This document shows, one piece after another, positions 18,475 to 26,879 of a stretch of 64,000 bases of DNA. The DNA lies in the NCBI GenBank assembly GCA_026982895.1, contig JALWQW010000026.1, positions 41,832-105,831 on the forward strand, in the 5' to 3' direction. Origin of the DNA: Candidatus Micrarchaeota archaeon (GTDB lineage: Archaea > Micrarchaeota > Micrarchaeia > Anstonellales > J096). The notes beneath the pieces were generated by a model. That model made no database searches, was not told where the DNA came from, and worked only from the letters and a program-made list of their open reading frames with translations. The position numbers and the translations under genes were made by a program. Positions within the stretch are counted from its first letter, which is position 1; every line of letters starts with the position of its first letter.

Positions 18475-19167
18475 TTAATCTTTACACACAATGTTGAAGA
18501 GCCAGTCCTCTGTAGAGGAGTAAAGTTCTTCCCAGTGGTTTTTGAAAAGGTGGCCAGCTCCTTTGATGAGGTGGAGTTTCGCTCCCGAAACTTCAGCTCC
18601 GTTTTTAGACATCTGCCATGGAATCGTTTTGTCTTCTGTGCCATGAGCTATGAAAATAGGGGCTGAGAGTTCCTTTATCAATGATTTTTGATCTATACTC
18701 TCAATCTCTTTGAACAGCTTCTCTGGCAGTATATGTCCCTTGACTATTGTATGACCTCTTTCTTTTAAGGCTGCCAATTTCTCATCCGATAAGAGCTCTT
18801 CTCTTTTAATGCTATCCATAAGGGGTGCCCATAAAACTAGACCTTCTATGCGCTCTCTCTTAGCTACTTCTAAAGCGACATAGCCACCGAGGCTTAAACC
18901 TAGCAGTATCACTCTTTTATAGCCTCTCTTTCTTGCTTCATCCACCGCTGCTGAAGCCTCTTCAATCCAAGAACTTGCTGTTATAGGCTCGCCTTTTCTA
19001 TGTCCTGAACCTGGCATGTCGAAACGCCAAACCTCTATTCCTATCTTCCCAAGTCGTGAAGCAAAATTACTGAATAGACCCTGCTCATCTTTATCACCTG
19101 TTAAACCATGGATGAAGATAATAAGGGAGCCTTTGCAGTTGCCACTAAAAGGTGATTTGGTTTCCAT
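18475..19167 (-). CDS. Alpha/beta-fold serine hydrolase
   Basis: HG oxyanion motif (IFIHGLTG), nucleophile elbow GLSLGG, and late Asp/His residues (GTEDKTIP...GAGHLF). Confidence 0.7.
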   Translation of the reverse strand: METKSPFSGNCKGSLIIFIHGLTGDKDEQGLFSNFASRLGKIGIEVWRFDMPGSGHRKGEPITASSWIEEASAAVDEARKRGYKRVILLGLSLGGYVALEVAKRERIEGLVLWAPLMDSIKREELLSDEKLAALKERGHTIVKGHILPEKLFKEIESIDQKSLIKELSAPIFIAHGTEDKTIPWQMSKNGAEVSGAKLHLIKGAGHLFKNHWEELYSSTEDWLFNIVCKD

Positions 19168-19201
19168 AATGAAACTTTCTTCATAGATCTTAAAGACCTT
19201 T

Positions 19202-19834
19202 CTAATCCGTCTTCTCTATAAATGAGGATAATGATTGCTGCCTTTTATTTTCTCTTTCAGCCTTTATTTGCTTATATGTATCCCACTTTTTGCGAACCAC
19301 ACCTTCTTTAACAAGCTCGCTGAGATGTGCCTTGACGAATTCCACAGTTCTTTCATCAGATGGATAACCGCTGCCAAAATCTACGCCGAACCTTTTGTGG
19401 AGTTTTCTTATTTCTGCGTCTCTAACTACTTTTGCTATAATGCTCGCCGCTGATACGACCTTATATTTCTCATCTGCTTTGTATTCTGCTATTACCTCTG
19501 TTTCACCGCTTTAATTTATGTCTGAACAATTCTTCAAAAAGCAATCTATATATGCTTTTTTTGGCTTGTGTTTTTCTATAAGCTTAGTTATTGTATCTAA
19601 TTCAAGGTGGTTTATATTTCTAGCATCTATTTGTGAGGGTTTTAGCTTCACCACTTCAAATTTACCAATCTCCTTCAATTTGTGATATAATGCTGACCGT
19701 TGTTTTGGGCTTAATTGCTTAGAATCCCTTAAGCCTAATTTAGAAATCTTTCTTAAGTCATCAACTAGAAAAATAGCTACGACGAGAGGGCCTATAAGAG
19801 CGCCTCTTCCAGCCTCATCAATTCCAGCTATCAT
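19202..19834 (-). pseudogene. rnhB: RNase HII interrupted by a single in-frame TAA (codon 108, at 19511-19513)
   Basis: The N-terminal part has GIDEAGRGALIGPLVV and DSKQL. Reading through the TAA in the same frame continues SGETEVIAEYKADEKYKVVSAASIIAKVVRDAEIRKLHKRFGVDFGSGYPSD..., the canonical RNase HII C-terminal half, ending at TAG 19202-19204. Confidence 0.8.
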
Positions 19835-19846
19835 AAAAAATAAAAA

Positions 19847-20101
19847 TTAGGCAAGATGCCTTTCGTCGACAACCACATAATCCTCCACGGCGAGGACACT
19901 GTTGAATGGAATAAGGATATACTCATCCTCATGGCGAAGCTTCTCAATCTTTGGGTTGTCTGGATTTGGATCTACGACGAGATCCTCTATCTCTCCAGTC
20001 AATTCATTAACATTTAAGTCCACTACTCGGCCGAATTCGCCGCCACCATTTGTGATTACAACTTTTCCTGTAAGTTGCCTACCAAGATGATATTTGCCCA
20101 T
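19847..20101 (-). CDS. PRC-barrel domain protein
   Basis: LTGKVVITNGGGEFGRVVDLNVNELTGEIEDLVV is the typical PRC-barrel pattern. ATG at 20101 lies 6 nt after GAGGTG. Confidence 0.6.
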   Translation of the reverse strand: MGKYHLGRQLTGKVVITNGGGEFGRVVDLNVNELTGEIEDLVVDPNPDNPKIEKLRHEDEYILIPFNSVLAVEDYVVVDERHLA

Positions 20102-20154
20102 TACACCCACCTCAAACGTAATTTAAGGATATGGTTTTAAAAAAGAAAAGGTTG

Positions 20155-20859
20155 TTAGTGCTTCCTCCTCCTGCGAGCCTTTTTCTCGACCTTTACCTCG
20201 CCGAAGAATGCACCTTCTATGTCATTAAGATGACCTACTGCTATCCTACTTATAGCGTCTTTAAGACCAAATCCAAAGGCTATACCTACCGCTATGGCTA
20301 AACCAAGGAGTAATGCACCTATGAAATATATGAAGCTTATTTTGAGCAAGCTTGTGTCTACATTTGGCAGTAAGGCAGGTAAGGCCAATACCAATGCATT
20401 ATATGCTATAAATATCTCAACTATCATTGCCAGAGCACCAGCAGCAAAAACATCACTTGTTTTTATTCTATCGCTGATATACTCGCCGATGAATAAACCC
20501 ACAACCAAAATAGTTAAGCCCTGAACAGCAGACGCCATATAATTTAGTCCGCCCATGGCCCAATTAACCAAGACATTCACACTAGCAACGCCACCACCTA
20601 TCGCCAGCACAAAGAGAATCACATAAATCTCAAATGCCCAGACTATGAGGTCGCTTAAGGTAAAACCTAACAATGCTTCTTTTAGGCCGTGTTTCTCTAT
20701 GAACTCTTCTATACGGGCGGCTTCCAAGATTCTATGCAAAATTCTACCAAACAGTAGAGCCAGGATTATACCTACAGCCAAGATGACTACAAATACGATG
20801 AATGCCACACCTCCATTTAAGAGGGCAGCTTCCAACGCAGCTATCGTTAATGCATCCAT
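20155..20859 (-). CDS. Polytopic membrane protein (conserved-TM-helix-repeat type, channel-like?)
   Basis: Six or more hydrophobic segments and a basic C-terminal tail (KKARRRRKH). Family assignment is weak. Confidence 0.4.
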   Translation of the reverse strand: MDALTIAALEAALLNGGVAFIVFVVILAVGIILALLFGRILHRILEAARIEEFIEKHGLKEALLGFTLSDLIVWAFEIYVILFVLAIGGGVASVNVLVNWAMGGLNYMASAVQGLTILVVGLFIGEYISDRIKTSDVFAAGALAMIVEIFIAYNALVLALPALLPNVDTSLLKISFIYFIGALLLGLAIAVGIAFGFGLKDAISRIAVGHLNDIEGAFFGEVKVEKKARRRRKH

Positions 20860-20905
20860 ACTATCACCAATGAGAATTGAATAGCAATATTTAAAAACCC
20901 TTTTA

Positions 20906-22036
20906 TCATCGCATTTTCCCTAAAAATAAACTCCCTTTGTCTTTACCGACGCTGCCTTCTAATCCAAAAACTTTGCTGTGGAATTTGGAGAGCTCCTCTT
21001 TTTTACTTGTGTTTTTAATCAGCAGTTTGCTCTCTTTTTTGAAATTCAGAGGTATTATTGTGAATTTGTATTTCATAAAGCTACCTAAATTCAAGGCGTT
21101 TATGCTTTTCAGCGCTTTCTTCATTCTTTCTCTATCTAGTGCTTTTGGTGAGAATAGATAGGTTATATTCCAATTGTTGAAGCTATATATTGGCGTTATA
21201 TTGTAGACTTCCGCTAATCGCTTTGCTTTCTCTAATATCGCTTTCTCCGACAGTTTTTGATGTTTGCTTATGAAGACATGTCTTTTCGTCCCTAGAACAT
21301 TGCTTTTCAAGTAAATCTTAATAGCGTTCCTGTTTTTATCAAACAAGTTTAATTCTATTTTAGGCAGTTTAATTTCTACTTTCGCGCTTCTCTCTTTGAC
21401 ACTTATTCGCTTTGTTTTGTTTAATATGTCATCAACATTATTTTCCAATTCATTTTTATTCAAAAGTCTGCACATATAACCGCTTCGCTGATTATATGTT
21501 CCTGGTATGCGCACAATCCTTCTTGTATCTTCTAAAACTTGTTTGTCCACATTACAGCCATTACAAGTATCCTCTAATTCCTTCCAAATTTTTCTTCTAT
21601 GTCCTATTGCTGCTTTCTCTCTTTCATTAGGCATGCCCTCATACTCGAGAGGGTCTTCTACGCTTATATGGAAGCCCTTGCTTCCGCTAAATGCTATATA
21701 TTTTATTTTGTAGCCTTTTTCATTTACAAAGTCCAATACACTAAGAGCACTTTCCCTAGCAGTATCCAGATTTTTTATTGAGAATGGAGAAACATCTACA
21801 TCGAAGAATATGTCTGTCTTTAAATATAGAACATCAATCTCTTTTTCTATTTTCCTTGCTTTTATTTTATGAGGGTTAATGAATTGGGATGTCGAATAAT
21901 ATGCCTCTGTGATTTTTTCCTTTGAGAATAAATCTTCTAGTTCATTTATGTTTGTTTTTTTCTTCAGCTTAATAAACCGTCCATTTCTAACATAGCGTAT
22001 ATGTCTAAATTTTAAGTCTGGGATATACAATTCCAT
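20906..22036 (-). CDS. priS: Archaeo-eukaryotic primase (AEP) catalytic subunit, PriS-like
   Basis: AEP motif I IFFDVDV, motif II FSGSKGFHISV and motif III VDKQVLEDTRRIVRIPGTYNQRSG. Confidence 0.65.
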   Translation of the reverse strand: MELYIPDLKFRHIRYVRNGRFIKLKKKTNINELEDLFSKEKITEAYYSTSQFINPHKIKARKIEKEIDVLYLKTDIFFDVDVSPFSIKNLDTARESALSVLDFVNEKGYKIKYIAFSGSKGFHISVEDPLEYEGMPNEREKAAIGHRRKIWKELEDTCNGCNVDKQVLEDTRRIVRIPGTYNQRSGYMCRLLNKNELENNVDDILNKTKRISVKERSAKVEIKLPKIELNLFDKNRNAIKIYLKSNVLGTKRHVFISKHQKLSEKAILEKAKRLAEVYNITPIYSFNNWNITYLFSPKALDRERMKKALKSINALNLGSFMKYKFTIIPLNFKKESKLLIKNTSKKEELSKFHSKVFGLEGSVGKDKGSLFLGKMR

Positions 22037-22139
22037 GAGGTCACCTGGTTATGGGCCTTAGCCTCAATCGGCCCATAACCTGGATTATCCGCCATCTTCC
22101 GAAGGAAGATGTTCATCGCCGAAGCTCATGAGGCTAGCA
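22037..22139. ncRNA. GC-enriched multi-hairpin element (candidate structured RNA or 5' leader of priS)
   Basis: Three hairpins: an 11-bp perfect stem ggttatgggcc/ggcccataacc (22047-22080), an 8-bp stem catcttcc/ggaagatg (22093-22111), and a small hairpin at 22114-22130. An 8-nt loop segment tagcctca (22059-22066) is complementary to tgaggcta (22129-22136). Confidence 0.3.
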
Positions 22140-22373
22140 TTAAAGAAGTTTTTTCCAATTGCCTGATTGTATATATTTCTTTAAGCCCTTAGCTGCTTTT
22201 TTATCTTCTCTTTCTATATCTCTGACTAGGGCTTTTAATTCAGCTTCTAATTCACTCTCGGTGAGGCTTCCAACTTGAATACTTGTCCTTGTTTTAATTA
22301 ATTTTTCTAATCTCTTGTATTGAGGTGCGCTTCCTCCTTTGAATATGCCCAATATGCTATCTAAAATGCCCAT
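22140..22373 (-). CDS. Small hypothetical protein (77 aa, helical and charged)
   Basis: ORF only; no motif recognised. Confidence 0.4.
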   Translation of the reverse strand: MGILDSILGIFKGGSAPQYKRLEKLIKTRTSIQVGSLTESELEAELKALVRDIEREDKKAAKGLKKYIQSGNWKKLL

Positions 22374-22422
22374 AAAAGGAAGAGAATGAAAAAGTTTAAA
22401 AGGTTTTCCAACTCTGCCGTGC

Positions 22423-22950
22423 TTATCCGAAGATAACCAATAGATTTATAGGATCTATCAAGTTCGCCAATGTCGTTATTCCGTCTTGCAGTATGATAAC
22501 GACAGCTATCAATATTACAGACATTGTTATGGCCACAGCTATATTGCCCTTCTTAAGCTGTTCAAACTTGTGCATGCCATGACTTAAGCTGTCTATCATT
22601 ACGAGAGTTATATATAATACAAAGGCCGCTATGATAATGGTTACAACCAATTTCACTAAATCAAATAGGAAATATATTAGCACAGCTTCGCCGAAGTTCA
22701 TGCTCAACGAAGTTATATCTTGAGAGATACTCACTAATTGCGGCTCCATTATAAATGCGAACCCTAGGATAACCGTGCCGAAATATATAGCCACGGCTAT
22801 ATTGCCCTTTTTGATCTCTTTCCATTCCTCCACTTCTCTTGTTATGCCATCAAATAGCCATATAGCAAAATAAACCGCAGAGATCCCTAATAGCAACGAA
22901 ATAAGCAGATCTATGCTGCTTATTATGAATGCCAGCGCAGGATTTATCAT
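22423..22950 (-). CDS. Membrane protein with two DUF350-like repeats
   Basis: An internal duplication is marked by KKGNIAVAIYFGTVILGFAFI and KKGNIAVAITMSVILIAVVII. Confidence 0.5.
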   Translation of the reverse strand: MINPALAFIISSIDLLISLLLGISAVYFAIWLFDGITREVEEWKEIKKGNIAVAIYFGTVILGFAFIMEPQLVSISQDITSLSMNFGEAVLIYFLFDLVKLVVTIIIAAFVLYITLVMIDSLSHGMHKFEQLKKGNIAVAITMSVILIAVVIILQDGITTLANLIDPINLLVIFG

Positions 22951-23074
22951 ATTAACACCTAGACAGCATTGAGGGATAAGGTTTTTATAGTTTTCTCCAA
23001 CATCTTTGAAAGTCCTTTATTAAATTGAGGCTTTAGAAAGGCCTTTAAATTCTTTGTTATACTACTTACCGTCA

Positions 23075-23162
23075 GCCCGGGTGGCGGAACGGCTACGCAA
23101 CCGGCTGCAGCTCCAGACGAAGTAGAAACCGGTGTAAGGGGGTTCGACTCCCTCCCCGGGCT
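23075..23162 (+). tRNA. tRNA-Cys (anticodon GCA) with a 17-nt intron at the canonical 37/38 position (23111-23127)
   Basis: GCCCGGG acceptor stem, anticodon stem ACCGG/CCGGT, loop CT-GCA-G, T-arm GGGGG-TTCGACT-CCCTC, and discriminator U73 (a Cys identity element). Intron CTCCAGACGAAGTAGAA allows a 4-bp helix (CUGC/GUAG) flanked by 3-nt bulges, i.e. bulge-helix-bulge. Confidence 0.85.
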
Positions 23163-23229
23163 TCTTTTCATATGCTTCCAATGCGATGCAGGGCAAAGCT
23201 TTTTATATAATTTGTTTCAATGGATGTCG

Positions 23230-23616
23230 ATGGAGGAGATGGAACAACAAAAAAGGGCTGAATTGTTGAATGTTCTTGATGTTTTTAGAGAGCGTGTTAT
23301 AGAGGAACTTGAACTGCGTGAAGAACTCTCCAAAGAAGCTAGGCATCTTTTAGACAAAACCCGCTTCATAAAGCAATTGCTTCATGAATATAAAGCTTCG
23401 TACGATGTAGAAAACAAAGGCGACTTTGAGGCAACGCCTCTCTATAAAGAACTTAGCACATACCTCGATGAAGTTGAGAAGGAACTTAAAAATATCGGTA
23501 GGTTAGCAGATGAAAAAGCCATGATTCCTCTATTAAGAGATGTTAAAGAAAAGTTGAAGGAGTTAAGTGATGTCGAAGAGAGAAGGAAGAAGCTTTTTGG
23601 GAGGTTCAAACGATGA
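23230..23616 (+). CDS. Hypothetical coiled-coil protein
   Basis: ATG at 23230 lies about 25 nt from the TATA ttttatataa (23201-23210). The track start at 23212 is TTG. Confidence 0.45.
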   Translation: MEEMEQQKRAELLNVLDVFRERVIEELELREELSKEARHLLDKTRFIKQLLHEYKASYDVENKGDFEATPLYKELSTYLDEVEKELKNIGRLADEKAMIPLLRDVKEKLKELSDVEERRKKLFGRFKR

Positions 23617-24215
23617 AATTGTGCGAAGAGCCACTTGTAGAGATAAAAGGTCTTCATGTACTCACAAAAGATAAAATATTGCCTGCCGATTACTATCGTT
23701 TGAGCCAATTAGCGCCCCTTTTCAGGAACCCTATGAAGAGCAATAGGGTTGCTTTTTCATTGACATTTTTAGGGTATATAGATGGCTTTGCTTATTATGT
23801 ATTAGCTATCACTCCTTCTCATGGCAAGGACTTCCATAGGTTTACTTTTTATTGTGGAAAGGGCAAGGCAAAACACCTATGGGGTTCATACATCATAGAA
23901 ACTTTTAAGGAGCGTTCCAATGGCGGGCTGGATGTTTATTTGAATCACAACAAAGTCGGTGCCGAATATAATATTGATGGATGCCTTAGCATATATAATG
24001 TCGATACTGTGAATAGTTATTGGCTTCTAAAACTTCAATATCCCTTCCGTGAAAATAAGATTATGTTGGAAAATAAGGGAGAGCCCATTATATTTACAAA
24101 AGGCGAAAAAATCCGCAATTATAACTATCTTATATGGGGGCAGAGAGAGTTGGCCTTTGAAAAAGAAGGCACTCTTTTAGAAGAGGTAAAGAGTCTTTTG
24201 AAACGCAGGTATTAA
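23613..24215 (+). CDS. Hypothetical protein (200 aa)
   Basis: ORF overlaps the upstream stop by 4 nt. No motif recognised. Confidence 0.45.
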   Translation: MKLCEEPLVEIKGLHVLTKDKILPADYYRLSQLAPLFRNPMKSNRVAFSLTFLGYIDGFAYYVLAITPSHGKDFHRFTFYCGKGKAKHLWGSYIIETFKERSNGGLDVYLNHNKVGAEYNIDGCLSIYNVDTVNSYWLLKLQYPFRENKIMLENKGEPIIFTKGEKIRNYNYLIWGQRELAFEKEGTLLEEVKSLLKRRY

Positions 24216-24254
24216 ACACAGGAGCGAAAAAAGAAGAATTATAAAAAATAAAGG

Positions 24255-26879
24255 TTAGGAGATAATCTCCTTGACTTTTTCTAATGTTAAATTACCTCTT
24301 TGTCCTCTGAATATTGGCTTCTTGCCGCCACCCTTCACGCCTTTCTCTTTGAGTTTAGTCCATATCTCTTCACTCTTCTCACCTACCACATTTACCGTCT
24401 TTGGGGTTAAAATGACGGCGAAATCTTTTATTGGAGGTATGGATTTTGGCTCGAAGTCTATCTCGATAATCTTTTCATTTTTTAGGAGGGCTTCTAAAAG
24501 CTGGTTCTCGGCTTTTTCAGCTCTTTTATTGGCTTCTTTCCACTCGCTGAAGAAACGCTCAGCAGTTTTTGGCAATGTCCATAAATCTACGCTGAATGTA
24601 TCAGCTGCTTCTTTAACAGTACTTTCTAGGTTTTGAACATATTCAACAGCCCTGTCTCCAGCCTTATAAAAGAGACGCTCCACAGAATCCCTCACACTCT
24701 CTCTCTTTAAGAGCTTTACATAACCTATTTCGCCGATTTTATGCAGTATATGATGAGTTCCACCACAGGCTTCTACATCCACACCAGGGATTTTGACTAT
24801 CCGAATATCTTTACTAGGTATAGCACCACCTTGGTATATAGTGAAGCCATACTCTTTCTCTGCCACATTTCTGGGTATAACCTCTATAAGTATATCCTTG
24901 TTTTGTCGTATGTAATCATTTACTTGAGCCTCTATTTTGTTCAGTTCCTCTTGTGTTATTCTCTTATAATGCGTTAAATCAATATGTCCTTTCTCATCGT
25001 CTTGGTAGGAACCTGCCTGCCAAACATGTGTTCCGAGTATTTTTCTTGCTGCTGCTGTTATTAAGTGGGTTGCTGTATGATGTCTTGTTATTCTATATCT
25101 GCGCGTCCAATCTATCTTGCCTTTGATTTTTTTACCCACCTCAAAATCGAGCGGATGCTTGACTTTATGCAATATGACATTTCCAATTTTTTGAACATCT
25201 AAAACCTCTACACTATCTAACCAGCCAAGATCTGTTGCTTGACCACCACCCTCAGGATAAAATAGTGTTTTGTCCAATATAATCCATTCATTTTCTATAC
25301 CTATAACCTCTGCTTCGAATTCTTCTAAATAACCCACTTCATAATAGAGCTTCTCTGTTGGAGGATACTTGCTAACATCTATTTTAGGGGCTGTCGTCGT
25401 GTGCTTCACCTTATCAGGCTCTCTAACTCTCTCATAGAAATCGCCAGGTACATTTATATCAATACCCTCCTTTTTGGCTAATTGCTTTATATATTCTGGA
25501 GGAATGCCGTCGCTCTTGTAGAGCTTAACTAATTCTTCCTCACTTATATCATTCCCTGCCTTGACTTTTTTGACGATATTGACAACTTTATTGCTGGCCC
25601 TTTGCTTTGTTTTTTCGTATTTCTTTCTCTCTTCTTCTATAACATTGGCTGTAACCTCTACACCATCTCTGTATTTGTCAAATAAGCCTTTCAAGTGGTC
25701 CATGTGGCCTTCGAGTATTTTGCCATAATCTAATTTAACGCCGAACTTATCTTCAAAGGCGAATATACGGCGGGCAAGTATGCGGAGATTATAACCACCA
25801 CCGCTGTTTGATGGCATCATACCGTCGAAAACAGTAAATAAAAGGGTTAATGTATGGTCTGCTATAGCGTAGGATGCTTGCAGAGGTTCTATGCTATTGA
25901 AGAATTCGTTTTTGTCTACACCGAGTTTATCTGCCACCTTCTGTTTTTCTGCTTCCAAATCATCAATCTCATCAACATTTAAGCCACCAGCCAATTCAGA
26001 ATATTTGAGGAATAAATCGGCATCAACATGTGGATTGCCAAATGCTTCTTTAATTATATCTACGGGTTTGCCCAACACTATTTCATAACTAGTCGGCGTG
26101 CCGTGTGTTATCCAAGCCAGCCTACTTAACCCAGCACCCATATCAATAACCTTTGTCTTCAGTTCTCTGTATGTTCCGTCAGGCAACTCTTCATATTGCA
26201 TGAATACGCAATTGCCGAGTTCTAAGCCACCAGCGAAATATTCTATAGATGGACCAAAATTTCCACCACCAGCCCATACATCCTCTTGAAAAATTAGTTC
26301 CTCCTCTGGAATGCCAAGGGCTTTAAGATAATTTATATCATGCTCCAGAGCCTGCTCTTTCCAATAAAAGAGGCCTGTTTTATCCGAGTTGAATGCATGC
26401 TGCCCTATCATGACGAAGTTTGTGTAGTGCCTTCCTGTAACGCCGACATTGGATATATCTGGAAAGCGAATACATGGTTGTGGTACTACGAGGGGGTTGG
26501 CTATAGGTTCCAATTCACCATTGACTACAAAGGGTTGAAAATCGTTTATACTCGCTATTGTGAAGTAAAGGTCGTCTCGCCATCTAGCAACAGTTGGATA
26601 AGGTTCGATACTTGTGTGGCCATTATCTGTGAAATATTTCTCAATGCGCTTCCATGTTTCGACATAACCAAGCTTTGCTTTACTTGGTGGATTCCCTATG
26701 AATTGATAACCAATACAAGCAGGGTCGCCACAGTAATCACGCTCTTCCTTAGCCCAAAAGTAGCGGCCACATTTTTTACATTGCTGTCTCTTGAAGCCAC
26801 GCTCCTTGAGAACATTAAGGTTGTAGTGTTTCTCCCATTCCTGACTAAACTTCAAACGAAGCTCTTTTTTATCTACCAT
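24255..26879 (-). CDS. alaS: Alanyl-tRNA synthetase (archaeal type)
   Basis: Archaeal AlaRS N-terminus (KCGRYFWAKEERDYCGDPAC), class II core, editing-domain HHTATHL...CGGTHH, and a C-terminal DHHA1-like region. Start is placed at ATG 26879 rather than 26927. Confidence 0.95.
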   Translation of the reverse strand: MVDKKELRLKFSQEWEKHYNLNVLKERGFKRQQCKKCGRYFWAKEERDYCGDPACIGYQFIGNPPSKAKLGYVETWKRIEKYFTDNGHTSIEPYPTVARWRDDLYFTIASINDFQPFVVNGELEPIANPLVVPQPCIRFPDISNVGVTGRHYTNFVMIGQHAFNSDKTGLFYWKEQALEHDINYLKALGIPEEELIFQEDVWAGGGNFGPSIEYFAGGLELGNCVFMQYEELPDGTYRELKTKVIDMGAGLSRLAWITHGTPTSYEIVLGKPVDIIKEAFGNPHVDADLFLKYSELAGGLNVDEIDDLEAEKQKVADKLGVDKNEFFNSIEPLQASYAIADHTLTLLFTVFDGMMPSNSGGGYNLRILARRIFAFEDKFGVKLDYGKILEGHMDHLKGLFDKYRDGVEVTANVIEEERKKYEKTKQRASNKVVNIVKKVKAGNDISEEELVKLYKSDGIPPEYIKQLAKKEGIDINVPGDFYERVREPDKVKHTTTAPKIDVSKYPPTEKLYYEVGYLEEFEAEVIGIENEWIILDKTLFYPEGGGQATDLGWLDSVEVLDVQKIGNVILHKVKHPLDFEVGKKIKGKIDWTRRYRITRHHTATHLITAAARKILGTHVWQAGSYQDDEKGHIDLTHYKRITQEELNKIEAQVNDYIRQNKDILIEVIPRNVAEKEYGFTIYQGGAIPSKDIRIVKIPGVDVEACGGTHHILHKIGEIGYVKLLKRESVRDSVERLFYKAGDRAVEYVQNLESTVKEAADTFSVDLWTLPKTAERFFSEWKEANKRAEKAENQLLEALLKNEKIIEIDFEPKSIPPIKDFAVILTPKTVNVVGEKSEEIWTKLKEKGVKGGGKKPIFRGQRGNLTLEKVKEIIS

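Noticed and set aside
19171-19182. gaaactttcttc 12-mer identical to the left arm of hairpin unit H4, suggesting a dispersed repeat family
   Set aside because: No inverted partner is present and the match is short and AT-rich. It cannot be distinguished from chance without a genome-wide count.
19235-19453. 72-aa plus-strand ORF
   Set aside because: It is antisense to the conserved C-terminal half of RNase HII (KADEKYKVVSAASIIAKVVRD...), which explains the open frame.
22959-23171. 70-aa minus-strand ORF
   Set aside because: It overlaps tRNA-Cys on the opposite strand, and its only long open stretch is the tRNA complement.
20906-24215. Integrated plasmid or virus hypothesis (AEP primase, small ORFs and tRNA-Cys)
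   Set aside because: No integrase, capsid or partition genes were seen, and no direct repeat of the tRNA 3' half that would mark att sites. It is kept only as a question under the primase finding.
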